Virus record (IMG/VR): IMGVR_UViG_3300021431_000077
Span: 39,062 to 103,061 of that record
Length of the DNA stretch: 64,000 nucleotides
Reading direction: 5' to 3' (one strand)
Source of the DNA: a virus
Taxonomy: Duplodnaviria > Heunggongvirae > Uroviricota > Caudoviricetes
In this document: piece by piece, positions 1 through 8,994 of the stretch
Layout: each line of letters begins with the position of its first letter
How positions within the stretch are numbered: position 1 is the first letter of the stretch
Notes under the pieces: generated by a model
Database searches by the model: none
The model's input: the letters and a program-made list of their open reading frames with translations, nothing else
What the model was told of the DNA's origin: nothing
Translations under genes and position numbers: made by a program

Positions 1-122
1 GACATACTTGACATGACGCATGTCGGACATGCGCCAATGCTCTTCGTTGTTAGCAGTAGGTCCTGTCAAATACTTCCACCAATATAGGGGATTCGCAATC
101 ATTTTTGCCTCTCATGTAACTG

Positions 123-533
123 TTATGCGAACTTGATGAAAAAGTGCTGCCACATCCTGACCAGAGATATCCATATTCTTTTAGGCAGGCTGCGTTTAGG
201 CAACCCGAGGAAGCACTCCGCTATCACCCAATAGAGTAGAACTTTTACGTCGATGCTTGTCTTCAATTCCCTAAGCGGGATGTTGACTGTTACGGTATTG
301 GCGTAGAATGACAGGTGGAGTGTCTTGAACGGATATCCGCTGATGTCGATGTTGGTGAAGGAGATGGAAATCTTATCATTGTCTGACGGGGATATGGTGA
401 TATTCCGATGCGATGGAGTTCCATCTATTATGGAGTAACGCCTTCCCGAGTTAGTGACGTTAACTTTGGAAAGCAGTCTGCTCTTTTTCATTATATTACA
501 AAATTTCTCGTAGGTCATTTCATAATCCAACAT
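123..533 (-). CDS. hypothetical protein (136 aa)
   Basis: ORF track; last gene of minus-strand trio at window start. Confidence 0.4.
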   Translation of the reverse strand: MLDYEMTYEKFCNIMKKSRLLSKVNVTNSGRRYSIIDGTPSHRNITISPSDNDKISISFTNIDISGYPFKTLHLSFYANTVTVNIPLRELKTSIDVKVLLYWVIAECFLGLPKRSLPKRIWISLVRMWQHFFIKFA

Positions 534-557
534 TCCTTCTACAGTTTATCAGGAAGC

Positions 558-1241
558 TCAGTGTTTCTTTTTGGCTTTCTTCTTGGCTTTCTTGGCCTTG
601 GCGGCTTCAAGCTTCTTTTTCAGCGCTTTCCTGTCGAATGGGATTTTCTCGTACGGGTCGAGCAGTAGGTCTCGTCTCATGTACTTGCAGTTTTTTACAG
701 AGTCAGGAAGGAGCTTCTTGTTGTAAACGCAGCAAATCCCAGTAGGTGTTTCCATGAATCCGACAAGGGCGTTGTCGCAGTCAGGAATGTACGTGAGCAT
801 GTCTCCTTCCATCTCTTTGAATTCCTCTTCGGGATTCTCGGGAAACTTGACAGGCGTGATGTGCTTAGGAGTCTGGGGGCCCATGTAGCAGCAGAACGTG
901 TTGTAGTCGAGTGCTTCCATCGCTTCTTCATACGACATGTCGCATTCTTCGGCACATTGAGCAATCATTTCCTCGTCATTATATGCAAGAATACCGTTCC
1001 CTAGGAGGCCAAGGAACGCCTTGTAGTAAGTGCATGCAGGAAACCCTTTATCGTCCCAATAGCCAAAACTTGCGTTCTTGCCGAGACGGTTCTTGCAGAA
1101 ACGCAGAAGTTCGCTCAGTGACTTAGGACGTTCTCTTTCGGGAAATCCCATTTCGTCGAATACGACTTTTTCGTGTTCGTCATTGTTCTGACTATCGGTA
1201 TTCGACGGGTTCTGCTGCAGAGAGTTCTTTGATTCGCACAT
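558..1241 (-). CDS. hypothetical Cys-rich protein with K/A-rich C-terminal tail (ORF extends to 1454; start chosen at ATG preceded by AAGGAG)
   Basis: ORF track; RBS aaggag 7 nt upstream of ATG at 1241; overlaps upstream gene by ~50 nt. Confidence 0.45.
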   Translation of the reverse strand: MCESKNSLQQNPSNTDSQNNDEHEKVVFDEMGFPERERPKSLSELLRFCKNRLGKNASFGYWDDKGFPACTYYKAFLGLLGNGILAYNDEEMIAQCAEECDMSYEEAMEALDYNTFCCYMGPQTPKHITPVKFPENPEEEFKEMEGDMLTYIPDCDNALVGFMETPTGICCVYNKKLLPDSVKNCKYMRRDLLLDPYEKIPFDRKALKKKLEAAKAKKAKKKAKKKH

Positions 1242-1755
1242 TGTAAAGCTCCTTGATTTTTGTGATAAGTTGTGTGTATGCGGCATGTTGCGCTGCGGTG
1301 TCGGTTTGGGTTTTGGTAAGTTCGGTGATTTTTTCCTGAGCCATGCTGTAAATCTTTTGTGCAAAATCGGACATTGTTTCAGCCTTGCCCATCTTTTCCT
1401 TGAAGAAATCGACCAGGTCGGCAAGATGCCACATGTCAGCATTTGCTGCTTCAAGCGCCTTTCGGAGGAAGTTGTAACGACGGGTGTCGCTCATCTTTAA
1501 CTTTGCCGTTGCAGACTGGTTCTTTCCTTCCTTGGCCTTGGAAATCTTGTCCTTGGTTTCCTTTGATGGGTGTACACCTGTGCGGGCCCGCCTCATGGCA
1601 GCCTTTGTCGCTTCGGAGTGATGGTAACCTTTTTTGCGCCCGCGCTTTTTTGGTTCTTTGTTTTGTGTAGACGCTTCGGTTCCACTTGATACTTCAGTGG
1701 AACCATCCATATCGGTCTTTTTTATATCAGGTTCATTTTGCATAGTGTACCTCAA
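1192..1755 (-). CDS. basic DNA-binding protein with two NUMOD3-like motifs (GRKKGYHHSEATKAAM / SKETKDKISKAKEG); no nuclease domain seen
   Basis: ORF track; motif resembles NUMOD3 modules of homing-endonuclease DNA-binding regions; consensus promoter upstream on minus strand. Confidence 0.5.
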   Translation of the reverse strand: MRYTMQNEPDIKKTDMDGSTEVSSGTEASTQNKEPKKRGRKKGYHHSEATKAAMRRARTGVHPSKETKDKISKAKEGKNQSATAKLKMSDTRRYNFLRKALEAANADMWHLADLVDFFKEKMGKAETMSDFAQKIYSMAQEKITELTKTQTDTAAQHAAYTQLITKIKELYNVRIKELSAAEPVEYR

Positions 1756-1773
1756 TTTATGTGTTCACACCCT

Positions 1774-1802
1774 AATATACAAAATTAAAATGCCCCTGTC
1801 AA
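1774..1802 (-). promoter_or_regulatory. sigma70-like promoter (TTGACA-N17-TATATT) on minus strand; -35 lies in loop of CCCCT/AGGGG hairpin
   Basis: seen in sequence; rc of tgtcaa at 1797-1802 and aatata at 1774-1779. Confidence 0.6.
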
Positions 1803-2090
1803 GGGGTCAATATAAATAATTATTTATGGGGTCTGCTGATGGTCTGAAATAGCTTCCTGAACTCTAATCCATGGTTCTCAATCCAACGGCGGGCTAGGTC
1901 GTTCGATGATTCATCGACGCCCTCCCCTCGTTTTCTCAGTATGTAGGCTCCTATGACCAACATCTGAATCTTCATTATTGTTTTGCCATGGTCCATACAT
2001 ATAGTTTATCGGTTCATTCCGAGGAGGTATTTCGGTGGATTTGTAACCAAAGATTTACATTTGATTTAATTAAAAATATTAATCACCCTA

Positions 2091-2119
2091 TTGACAGGTA
2101 TGATATAATTATTTATATT
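2091..2119 (+). promoter_or_regulatory. sigma70-like promoter TTGACA-N17-TATATT
   Basis: seen in sequence, 28 nt upstream of ATG 2147. Confidence 0.6.
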
Positions 2120-2146
2120 TTAAGTAAACACTCATTTGGAGTAATT

Positions 2147-2920
2147 ATGAAGGCAAAATTTCTATCAGACATCCATTACGATTTCGCTCGTAAGGAAAAA
2201 CAAAAGCAAATAGAAGCGTACGGCAAGGATGCAGACTTGCTGTTGATTGCTGGTGACTTCGGAAATTCTCTCGAAACAATCAAGGAGTGTCTGAATGTTA
2301 TCTCCAAATCGTGCAAGCGCTTTGTATTCGTTCTCGGAAACCACGACTTGACCGTGGAATGGGATAAGGACATCGACAGCACTGCCGAGAAGATAAAGCG
2401 TATAGCTGACTTTGCAAGTACGTTGGACAATGCTACCCTTTTGGGTTATGACAAGAATCTTACGATGGTTGATAATATTCTTATTGGCGGAACGATGGGT
2501 ATATGGGATTTCCATGTAGAGGACACGTTCACCCAGTATGACTGGCGGATGCATTGGTTTGACGGTAAATATTGGGGAAAGGATGTTGACCTCCTGAAGA
2601 TAAAAAGTGACGAAATGAACCGTCTTGAAATAGTTACCTCAGCCAAGCCCCATATTGTATTGACCCATTTTGCACCGTGGCAGTGCAGTACGAACCCGAA
2701 ATATCATGGTTCTAAGGAAAACCAGTATTTCTATTTCAACATTGACCATTATGACTACTCTGGTATCAAATACTGGGGTTGTGGACATACTCACGATGCA
2801 CACAAGCTGATGATTGGTAATACGCAGGTCATGTTGAATCCTCTTGGTTATGGAACCCATGAAGAAAATCCGTACGCCTTGCACAACCTGTCCGCAGATG
2901 ATTTTACCGTGGAGATTTAG
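2147..2920 (+). CDS. calcineurin-like metallophosphoesterase
   Basis: motifs SDIHYD, LLIAGDFGNS, FVLGNHD, GCGHTHDAH; start moved to ATG after promoter. Confidence 0.75.
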   Translation: MKAKFLSDIHYDFARKEKQKQIEAYGKDADLLLIAGDFGNSLETIKECLNVISKSCKRFVFVLGNHDLTVEWDKDIDSTAEKIKRIADFASTLDNATLLGYDKNLTMVDNILIGGTMGIWDFHVEDTFTQYDWRMHWFDGKYWGKDVDLLKIKSDEMNRLEIVTSAKPHIVLTHFAPWQCSTNPKYHGSKENQYFYFNIDHYDYSGIKYWGCGHTHDAHKLMIGNTQVMLNPLGYGTHEENPYALHNLSADDFTVEI

Positions 2921-2925
2921 CCGCA

Positions 2926-3219
2926 ATGACTGCACTTGAAGTATTGGAAGGTCTTCTTGGCCATCAGGTCGCTTGTGCGTTTATTTCTGTTGCGAATCAG
3001 AACCAGATGGAGATTTCCGCCGAAGAATATTCGGAGTGGACGGCGTTGCATTTCTACGGCAAGAATGCCCCAACATACGATATCGTGACGAACTCGTTAC
3101 CGTCTGACAAGCGAAAATGTGCGGAAGCATTGCTTGACTACATGTTCCCTAAACGGGTGGTCAAGCTGGATGACTTCCCTGAAATTGCAAACTTATTTAA
3201 CAAAGAGGAAAAAGTATGA
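2926..3219 (+). CDS. hypothetical protein (97 aa)
   Basis: ORF track; co-directional, tightly spaced. Confidence 0.45.
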   Translation: MTALEVLEGLLGHQVACAFISVANQNQMEISAEEYSEWTALHFYGKNAPTYDIVTNSLPSDKRKCAEALLDYMFPKRVVKLDDFPEIANLFNKEEKV

Positions 3220-3770
3220 GTATGAAAGTGTTCCATGCGTATCTGTTCAAGGAAAACGCTGAGTTCAAAGACCTTCAAGAAGCAAGGCAGTACATCAACG
3301 ACTTGCGAGAGAAGTTCATCAAGTGGGTTCCGACCGATATGATAAAGTGGACTACCATCATGAAGCTTAGCCGTGCCGAACAGATGGAGAAGCTTGAAAA
3401 GGATACGCAGGACCCAGAAATTGGTGGCGTCTGGGATTATCAGCTCCAGTGTGTTATGTATGCACGAGAAGTTGATGGTGTCAATTACATCGCATTGCAG
3501 TTTTTCCCGAGCAGGCCTGTCGTCAAGTTCTTGAAAGAGAACGTGAAGTTGAGGGAGTTCTGGTATGAAAACCAGACCGATGACGGATTTGATTTGCCCG
3601 ATTGGGAACAGCGTGAAAAGTTCTGGCATACTGTCTTCAACAAGTATTGGACATCTAGTCAGGCGGGGTTTGTGTGTGATATTTACAACGGAACAGAATG
3701 GAATACAACTAGCTCCATTATGAGCGAGTTGGCTGTTCTGGCTGACAAACAAAAAGAGAAAAAGGAGTAG
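3216..3770 (+). CDS. hypothetical protein (184 aa)
   Basis: ORF track; 4-nt overlap with upstream gene. Confidence 0.5.
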   Translation: MSMKVFHAYLFKENAEFKDLQEARQYINDLREKFIKWVPTDMIKWTTIMKLSRAEQMEKLEKDTQDPEIGGVWDYQLQCVMYAREVDGVNYIALQFFPSRPVVKFLKENVKLREFWYENQTDDGFDLPDWEQREKFWHTVFNKYWTSSQAGFVCDIYNGTEWNTTSSIMSELAVLADKQKEKKE

Positions 3771-3773
3771 CCT

Positions 3774-4301
3774 ATGTACGAGGCGATGTTCAAAAGAATC
3801 AAGTCGCAGGATTTTCCGCTGGAGTGCAGAGGGATGTACTATTTCAGCAAGGGACGGCATGCCCATCAGGAACGCAAGGGGTCAGGCTTTCCTTACTTTG
3901 TTCATCCCCGTGGCGTAGCGTATATCGTCATGGAACACGGTGGCTCTATCGACCAGATTAATGCTGCCTTTGCACATGACTTGCTCGAAGATACGGGAAC
4001 CTCCTATCTTGAAATCATGAAAGTAGCTAATTCCGAAAAGTGTGCCGACCTCTGCACGGAACTCAGGAACAATGAAATCCGTAAGGAAGAAATGGGCAAG
4101 GAAGCCTACATCACGGAAAAGCTGCTCACAATGAGCGAAGAAGCGTTGCTCATCAAGCTCGCCGATATGGTCTACAACTCGTATGACCAGCCTGCAGAAA
4201 AGGCTTTGAACAGGATGTACCGCAATGTGTGCGAACTTCTGTTGAAGCGCAAGCTTAATGACAAGTGTAAGGAAATGGCGGAACTTGTTCTGCTTGCATA
4301 A
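3774..4301 (+). CDS. HD-domain hydrolase of RelA/SpoT type (small alarmone hydrolase / Mesh1-like)
   Basis: motifs YFVHPRGVA and AAFAHDLLEDTGTS match SpoT hydrolase HD signature; size 175 aa. Confidence 0.65.
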   Translation: MYEAMFKRIKSQDFPLECRGMYYFSKGRHAHQERKGSGFPYFVHPRGVAYIVMEHGGSIDQINAAFAHDLLEDTGTSYLEIMKVANSEKCADLCTELRNNEIRKEEMGKEAYITEKLLTMSEEALLIKLADMVYNSYDQPAEKALNRMYRNVCELLLKRKLNDKCKEMAELVLLA

Positions 4302-4311
4302 GGAAAACATC

Positions 4312-4539
4312 ATGGCGAAAGTTGAGATTGACATTAAGAAGAAGCTTGTTATTGATTTGGACATCCATGCGTTCAGCAGCTTCGGCCTTTCCGAAAAGGA
4401 GATTGCCGACGTTGTTGCGAAAGACCTTGTATTTACGATACAGGAACGCCTTGATTACATGGGCGGTGAATGTGGTTGCGCCAATGATGGCAAGGCGTTC
4501 GGCTACAAGTTTGAAGCAAAGGGATTCAAAATCAAATAG
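4312..4539 (+). CDS. hypothetical protein (75 aa)
   Basis: ORF track, start moved to ATG with RBS aaggaaaac. Confidence 0.4.
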   Translation: MAKVEIDIKKKLVIDLDIHAFSSFGLSEKEIADVVAKDLVFTIQERLDYMGGECGCANDGKAFGYKFEAKGFKIK

Positions 4540-4555
4540 CACGGAAGGTTTCTTA

Positions 4556-4837
4556 ATGAAAAATTCGCAAAAGGATAGATACTACAACAGACTGCAAAAA
4601 TGTCTGAAGGAAATCGACTCGGTTATCCCGAGAAGGGTTACTGTTGCCGAATGGGTTACACATCGTGATAGGGTATTGAAAGAGTATGGCTTTACTACGG
4701 ACGATTATTACAGGATGTGCCGCCTGACTGAATCCAACACGAAGAACCGATGCGACGAAAGCGTTAGGACGTTCAAGGAAAAACAAAAGATTAAGCTTGA
4801 CAAGAAGCTTGATGAATGTGAAATTCAAGGAGATTGA
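4556..4837 (+). CDS. hypothetical protein (93 aa)
   Basis: ORF track, start at first ATG not overlapping upstream gene. Confidence 0.4.
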   Translation: MKNSQKDRYYNRLQKCLKEIDSVIPRRVTVAEWVTHRDRVLKEYGFTTDDYYRMCRLTESNTKNRCDESVRTFKEKQKIKLDKKLDECEIQGD

Positions 4838-4838
4838 T

Positions 4839-5165
4839 ATGTTGAACCAAGTAGATTGTTCACCCGATACCCCCGTAATCCAAGCTGCTGCCGAACGAAT
4901 GGCGCTCAAAGAAATGGATGACAAGAAGTTCCGTGATACGAACGAGATGTCTGGTTTCCATACTGGGTATATGACGGGATTCCTCGAAGGGGCCGAGTTT
5001 ATGCGCTCGTTCTATCGTTATAGGGACACTCGTGATAGACTGGACAGGGTTGAACGTGAAAAGAAGAAGCAAGCCGCTGCTGCGAATGACGACAACCGCC
5101 TCAAGCCTGTCAGCATCCCGCCTAGCAAAGATATTTCTGATTTTTCTACACTTCTTCGGAGGTAA
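4839..5165 (+). CDS. hypothetical protein (108 aa)
   Basis: ORF track; RBS aaggagattg before ATG 4839. Confidence 0.45.
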   Translation: MLNQVDCSPDTPVIQAAAERMALKEMDDKKFRDTNEMSGFHTGYMTGFLEGAEFMRSFYRYRDTRDRLDRVEREKKKQAAAANDDNRLKPVSIPPSKDISDFSTLLRR

Positions 5166-5167
5166 CG

Positions 5168-5608
5168 GTGGACGAAGCGTTTGCCAATAGTTTGAGGACT
5201 GAACTGTTCAATCAATATAACACCCTCGATGCGGTTTCTGAATACATCGCCGTCAAGGAAGGGATTATGGAGATGCATGAACATGGTCTTAAATTGATGG
5301 ATGTCCGACTGGAACCGCTTGTCGAAATGGTGATGGTTCACTACACGGTCGTGGTGGACGGAAGGGTTTTATACCGTACGGCCTATCCTATGCATTGGGA
5401 AGTGCTCCAGAAAGTTACGGAAGAATTCAATACGGTAGGTCATAACCCGTGGACGATGCAGACGTACAGGAACAACCCCCGTACATTTGAAATGGAGAAG
5501 GAAAGCGGACCTAAACTAAGGGAGGTGACACCCGAAGAGGCTATCGCAATCTTACAAAAACAGACTGTAAACCCTCAAAAACGGGTTATAAACCCTCTTG
5601 CAAAGTAG
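5168..5608 (+). CDS. hypothetical protein (146 aa, GTG start)
   Basis: ORF track. Confidence 0.4.
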   Translation: MDEAFANSLRTELFNQYNTLDAVSEYIAVKEGIMEMHEHGLKLMDVRLEPLVEMVMVHYTVVVDGRVLYRTAYPMHWEVLQKVTEEFNTVGHNPWTMQTYRNNPRTFEMEKESGPKLREVTPEEAIAILQKQTVNPQKRVINPLAK

Positions 5609-5625
5609 AAAAAATATACTATATT
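5598..5625 (+). promoter_or_regulatory. putative promoter TTGCAA-N16-TATATT
   Basis: seen in sequence upstream of small ORF 5659. Confidence 0.35.
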
Positions 5626-5658
5626 GCACGATGAATTATTTATCAAATAGAGGATATT

Positions 5659-5835
5659 ATGAAAAGCATTTACGATATCAAGACCACAGGCAAGTTCACC
5701 CCGACCCAGACTTTCCGTGAAAAGAAGGCTGGTGTAAACATTGGCCGCATGGAAAGCTCCATGAAGAAGCTGAACAAGGGTTTGGCAAAGATGGCTAAGG
5801 AAAGGCACGATGCCCGTTCCAAGAAGGAGGCATAA
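5659..5835 (+). CDS. small basic hypothetical protein (58 aa), missed by the 60-aa ORF track
   Basis: ATG with RBS agagga upstream; stop overlaps next start (ATAATGA). Confidence 0.4.
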   Translation: MKSIYDIKTTGKFTPTQTFREKKAGVNIGRMESSMKKLNKGLAKMAKERHDARSKKEA

Positions 5836-6134
5836 TGAAAACGGTTTTCGCAATCCTTTTTGCTGCAATTCTCGCCTTTGCCAGTGAAGGGGATATCAAG
5901 TACGGTGTTCGTACTGGTAGCGTAAAGACTGAAAACGGTTACATCGGTACATACCAGTTCCCCGACACCACGCTTACAATCCGCTTTGCAAAGCATGCTG
6001 TCAGCCATGTTCGGTACGACTTTGCAACCCACACGTTGTACACGAATAGCAATGATGCAGCAAAGGATGGAACCGTTGTTCCTCCGCCTCCTAATGAACC
6101 GAAAATGCAGGAAATCCGCCAATGGAATCCTTAA
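5835..6134 (+). CDS. small secreted protein (signal peptide MKTVFAILFAAILAFA)
   Basis: ORF track; N-terminal hydrophobic signal. Confidence 0.5.
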   Translation: MKTVFAILFAAILAFASEGDIKYGVRTGSVKTENGYIGTYQFPDTTLTIRFAKHAVSHVRYDFATHTLYTNSNDAAKDGTVVPPPPNEPKMQEIRQWNP

Positions 6135-6475
6135 TTGTATTCGAGGAAGACTGTACAGACCTTGCCGAGGACTACGATTACGGCGAGGAAGAGTATGTTG
6201 AACCTGAGTTCATCACTCTTCCTGACGTAAACTACGACCCGAGCAGGGTTAGGGAGATAGTTCATGACGGCACTCCACCGATGGGGTTCCGCCTGATACT
6301 TCCTCCCCGTCCTTACATGAAACCGTCCGATATTCCCCTGAGTGAAAAGAAATTCATTTACATCAGAAGGGACACTGACGAGGTTAGGATTTGCGACGTT
6401 CTTCCTATTGTCGGGTACAACATAACAGACCATTGCTTAGACCTTTCAACCGAATATGTGAGAAGACAAACATGA
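6122..6475 (+). CDS. hypothetical acidic protein (117 aa)
   Basis: ORF track. Confidence 0.45.
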   Translation: MESLIVFEEDCTDLAEDYDYGEEEYVEPEFITLPDVNYDPSRVREIVHDGTPPMGFRLILPPRPYMKPSDIPLSEKKFIYIRRDTDEVRICDVLPIVGYNITDHCLDLSTEYVRRQT

Positions 6476-7374
6476 AAATCATAGACAACTTTGAACAAAT
6501 CAGCAAGCTCCTGCGTTTCGAACGTACGGGTGACTGCTACTACCTTGAAATCTTGCTTCGTGCCAAGGATGGAAACAATGTCCAGGGCAAGCATAACAAT
6601 GGCGACCGCACGATTCGAGAGATTCTCTTGAACCACGAAGGCCACCTTGAAGAGCTCCGTGACGAAATCATCAAGCTCTGCCATGAGTTCAACGCCCGTG
6701 CGTATATCCGTTTGAACCGTCGTAACTATACGGCCATCGGATGGCACTATGTCAGGGAGTTCATCTACCGTGCCAAGGAGAACGACACCAAGCAGTTCGA
6801 ACATCATCAGCTTGACCCGCAACGCAACCCGTTCCGTGCCATGAGTACGGCATGTGGAAAGGTAAGCTCCGAACCGAGAGCTAGTACGACATGGCTTATC
6901 GACCTTGACGACTGCACGGTTGATAGCCCTATTGTAAAGGCGTTCGAGGCGGAGATTATGAAGCCTGGTATGAACGTGAAGGTTGACCCCAAGGACATGA
7001 TTGTGGCTCATATTCCGTCAAGGACTGGCATTCACCTGATTGTCCGTCCGTTCAATGCTTCGAAGTATATCGACCAGACGACCGTTGTGAAGCCGACAGA
7101 AGAGTATCGTATGTTGCATGCCGTGCTAGTCTGGGCTATGCAGAACAAGGTTGATATCAGAACCTTGAATGAACTCCTTCGACCCGAGGAACAGCTTGAA
7201 GAAACCTCCGACCATCTTTATTTGACGGAAGAGGATATCGACCGTATCGAGAAGAATTACAGAAAGGTTAATGAAAAGATTGACGTAACTGGATTCAATA
7301 TGACGGTCGGCGAGTTCAGTGCTGGCGTCCACAAGGACCAGCCGACAATCCTGTATGCGGAGGCTGCAGAATGA
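6472..7374 (+). CDS. hypothetical protein (300 aa) upstream of and translationally coupled to glf
   Basis: ORF track, start moved to MKIIDNF (ATGA overlap with upstream stop). Confidence 0.5.
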   Translation: MKIIDNFEQISKLLRFERTGDCYYLEILLRAKDGNNVQGKHNNGDRTIREILLNHEGHLEELRDEIIKLCHEFNARAYIRLNRRNYTAIGWHYVREFIYRAKENDTKQFEHHQLDPQRNPFRAMSTACGKVSSEPRASTTWLIDLDDCTVDSPIVKAFEAEIMKPGMNVKVDPKDMIVAHIPSRTGIHLIVRPFNASKYIDQTTVVKPTEEYRMLHAVLVWAMQNKVDIRTLNELLRPEEQLEETSDHLYLTEEDIDRIEKNYRKVNEKIDVTGFNMTVGEFSAGVHKDQPTILYAEAAE

Positions 7375-8633
7375 AGTATCTGTTAGTAGGTGCTGGTCTC
7401 TACAACGCTGTAATCTATCAGCGTTTGATTCACGAGTTCGGCGTTAATCCACTTGACATTACCATCATCGAGAAGCGTCAGCACCTTGGTGGCAACTGCT
7501 ATACTGAAAAGATTGAGGGCATCACCGTTCACAAGTATGGAGCACATATCTTCCATACTTCTGACCCTGCTGTATGGAAGTTTGCGAACAAGTTCGCTAC
7601 GTTCAACAACTTTGTGAACAGTCCGATTGCAGTGTATTACAATCAGGATAGTAAGAAATCGGAGACATACAATCTTCCGTTCAACATGAACACATTTGTT
7701 CGCTTGTTTGAAGGTAAACTGGCGGTAAAGAGGGTTACCCCGAACATTGTCAAGGAGGCTATCCGATGTGAAATCGTGGCATACAAGCGTTCCCATCCTT
7801 TTGATACTCCGAGAAATCTTGAAGAACAGGCAATCTCCCTTGTTGGAACTACCGTGTATGAAAAGCTGATTAAGCACTACACTGAAAAGCAGTGGGAAAA
7901 GCCGTGTACCGAGTTGGAACCGTGGATAATCAAGCGTTTGCCGCTTAGGTTCACCTACGACAACAACTACTTCAATGACATCTATCAGGGTATTCCCGAG
8001 GAAGGATATACCAAGTGGATTGAGAACATGTTCGAAGGGCATCCTATTCACTATGGTGAAGATTTCTGTGAAGATATATTCAACCACAGTGTACATGGAA
8101 TGAGCACGAACAAGTTTACACAGGTGTTCTATTCTGGTGATGTATCTGACCTGTTGAACTCTTTGATGAACTACAGCAAACTGTTTGCTGGACTTGTTCA
8201 CGAGGACGGGTTTGACGATTACTGGCTTGACTGGCGTTCATTGAAGTTTAAAGAGAAGCTGCTTCCTACTGACAACTGGCAGGGAAATGCTGTCGTGAAC
8301 TACACTTCGCCAGACGTAGATTGCACGAGGAGCATTGAGCACAAGTTCTTCAACAATGAACAGCTTGATGAACAAAAGACAATTGTTACTTATGAGTACC
8401 CTGTGAAGTACGAGCGTGGCAAGTGTGAACAATACTATCCTCTTGCAAGCGAGAATGAAAAGTACCAGAAGATACTTGGTTACTTGCCGCAAAAGTTTGT
8501 CCCTACTGGCCGTCTCGGTCTGTACAAGTACATGGACATGGATGACGTTATTGGCGCTGCGCTGGCCGATACCAGAATTCTGGCTGACCCTGTGGTTGAG
8601 CCTGGTTGCATCTTCTCTACTACATCAGTTTAA
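7371..8633 (+). CDS. glf: UDP-galactopyranose mutase
   Basis: near-identical blocks to bacterial Glf: GAGLYNAV (FAD fold), HLGGNCYTE, HKYGAHIFHT, NLPFNMNTF, LEEQAISLVG, YTEKQW, RFTYDNNYF, QGNAVVNYT. Confidence 0.92.
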   Translation: MKYLLVGAGLYNAVIYQRLIHEFGVNPLDITIIEKRQHLGGNCYTEKIEGITVHKYGAHIFHTSDPAVWKFANKFATFNNFVNSPIAVYYNQDSKKSETYNLPFNMNTFVRLFEGKLAVKRVTPNIVKEAIRCEIVAYKRSHPFDTPRNLEEQAISLVGTTVYEKLIKHYTEKQWEKPCTELEPWIIKRLPLRFTYDNNYFNDIYQGIPEEGYTKWIENMFEGHPIHYGEDFCEDIFNHSVHGMSTNKFTQVFYSGDVSDLLNSLMNYSKLFAGLVHEDGFDDYWLDWRSLKFKEKLLPTDNWQGNAVVNYTSPDVDCTRSIEHKFFNNEQLDEQKTIVTYEYPVKYERGKCEQYYPLASENEKYQKILGYLPQKFVPTGRLGLYKYMDMDDVIGAALADTRILADPVVEPGCIFSTTSV

Positions 8634-8637
8634 AAAG

Positions 8638-8665
8638 ACCGCCTTAATCGGCGGCTTTTTTTAAT
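8638..8665. terminator. rho-independent terminator (GC stem + T-run), bidirectional between glf and minus-strand small gene
   Basis: aaaaagaccgccttaatcggcggcttttttt. Confidence 0.65.
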
Positions 8666-8867
8666 GGTGATGATGGTGAACAGGATATTTTTCTTTATGC
8701 CTGTGCGACCCGAGAAGGAATGAATGCCAAGAGGATTCGAGAGACTTCACCTTCTTCGAATTTTTGAACATGAGTATCACGACTACCACCAGCAATAGCA
8801 AAGAAATCGAGGTGATTATTGCAGAATAGATTAAGAGTTCGTAGATGTACATGTGAATAGCGTCCAT
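8661..8867 (-). CDS. small membrane protein with C-terminal His5
   Basis: ORF track; own promoter (rc TTGACA-N16-TATATT) and RBS aaaaggaaa. Confidence 0.5.
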   Translation of the reverse strand: MDAIHMYIYELLIYSAIITSISLLLLVVVVILMFKNSKKVKSLESSWHSFLLGSHRHKEKYPVHHHHH

Positions 8868-8899
8868 TGTATTTCCTTTTGTGTTTGATTTACTGTAAT

Positions 8900-8927
8900 A
8901 ATATAGTTAATTTTAAAAAAATGTCAA
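8900..8927 (-). promoter_or_regulatory. sigma70-like promoter on minus strand, divergent from the queC promoter
   Basis: tgtcaa 8922-8927 / aatata 8900-8905. Confidence 0.5.
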
Positions 8928-8935
8928 GTATTCAG

Positions 8936-8964
8936 TTGACAAAACGTATTTAATATGCTATATT
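8936..8964 (+). promoter_or_regulatory. sigma70-like promoter TTGACA-N17-TATATT
   Basis: seen in sequence upstream of 8995. Confidence 0.6.
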
Positions 8965-8994
8965 GTTAAAAAACAACATCAACAAAGGGTTCAT

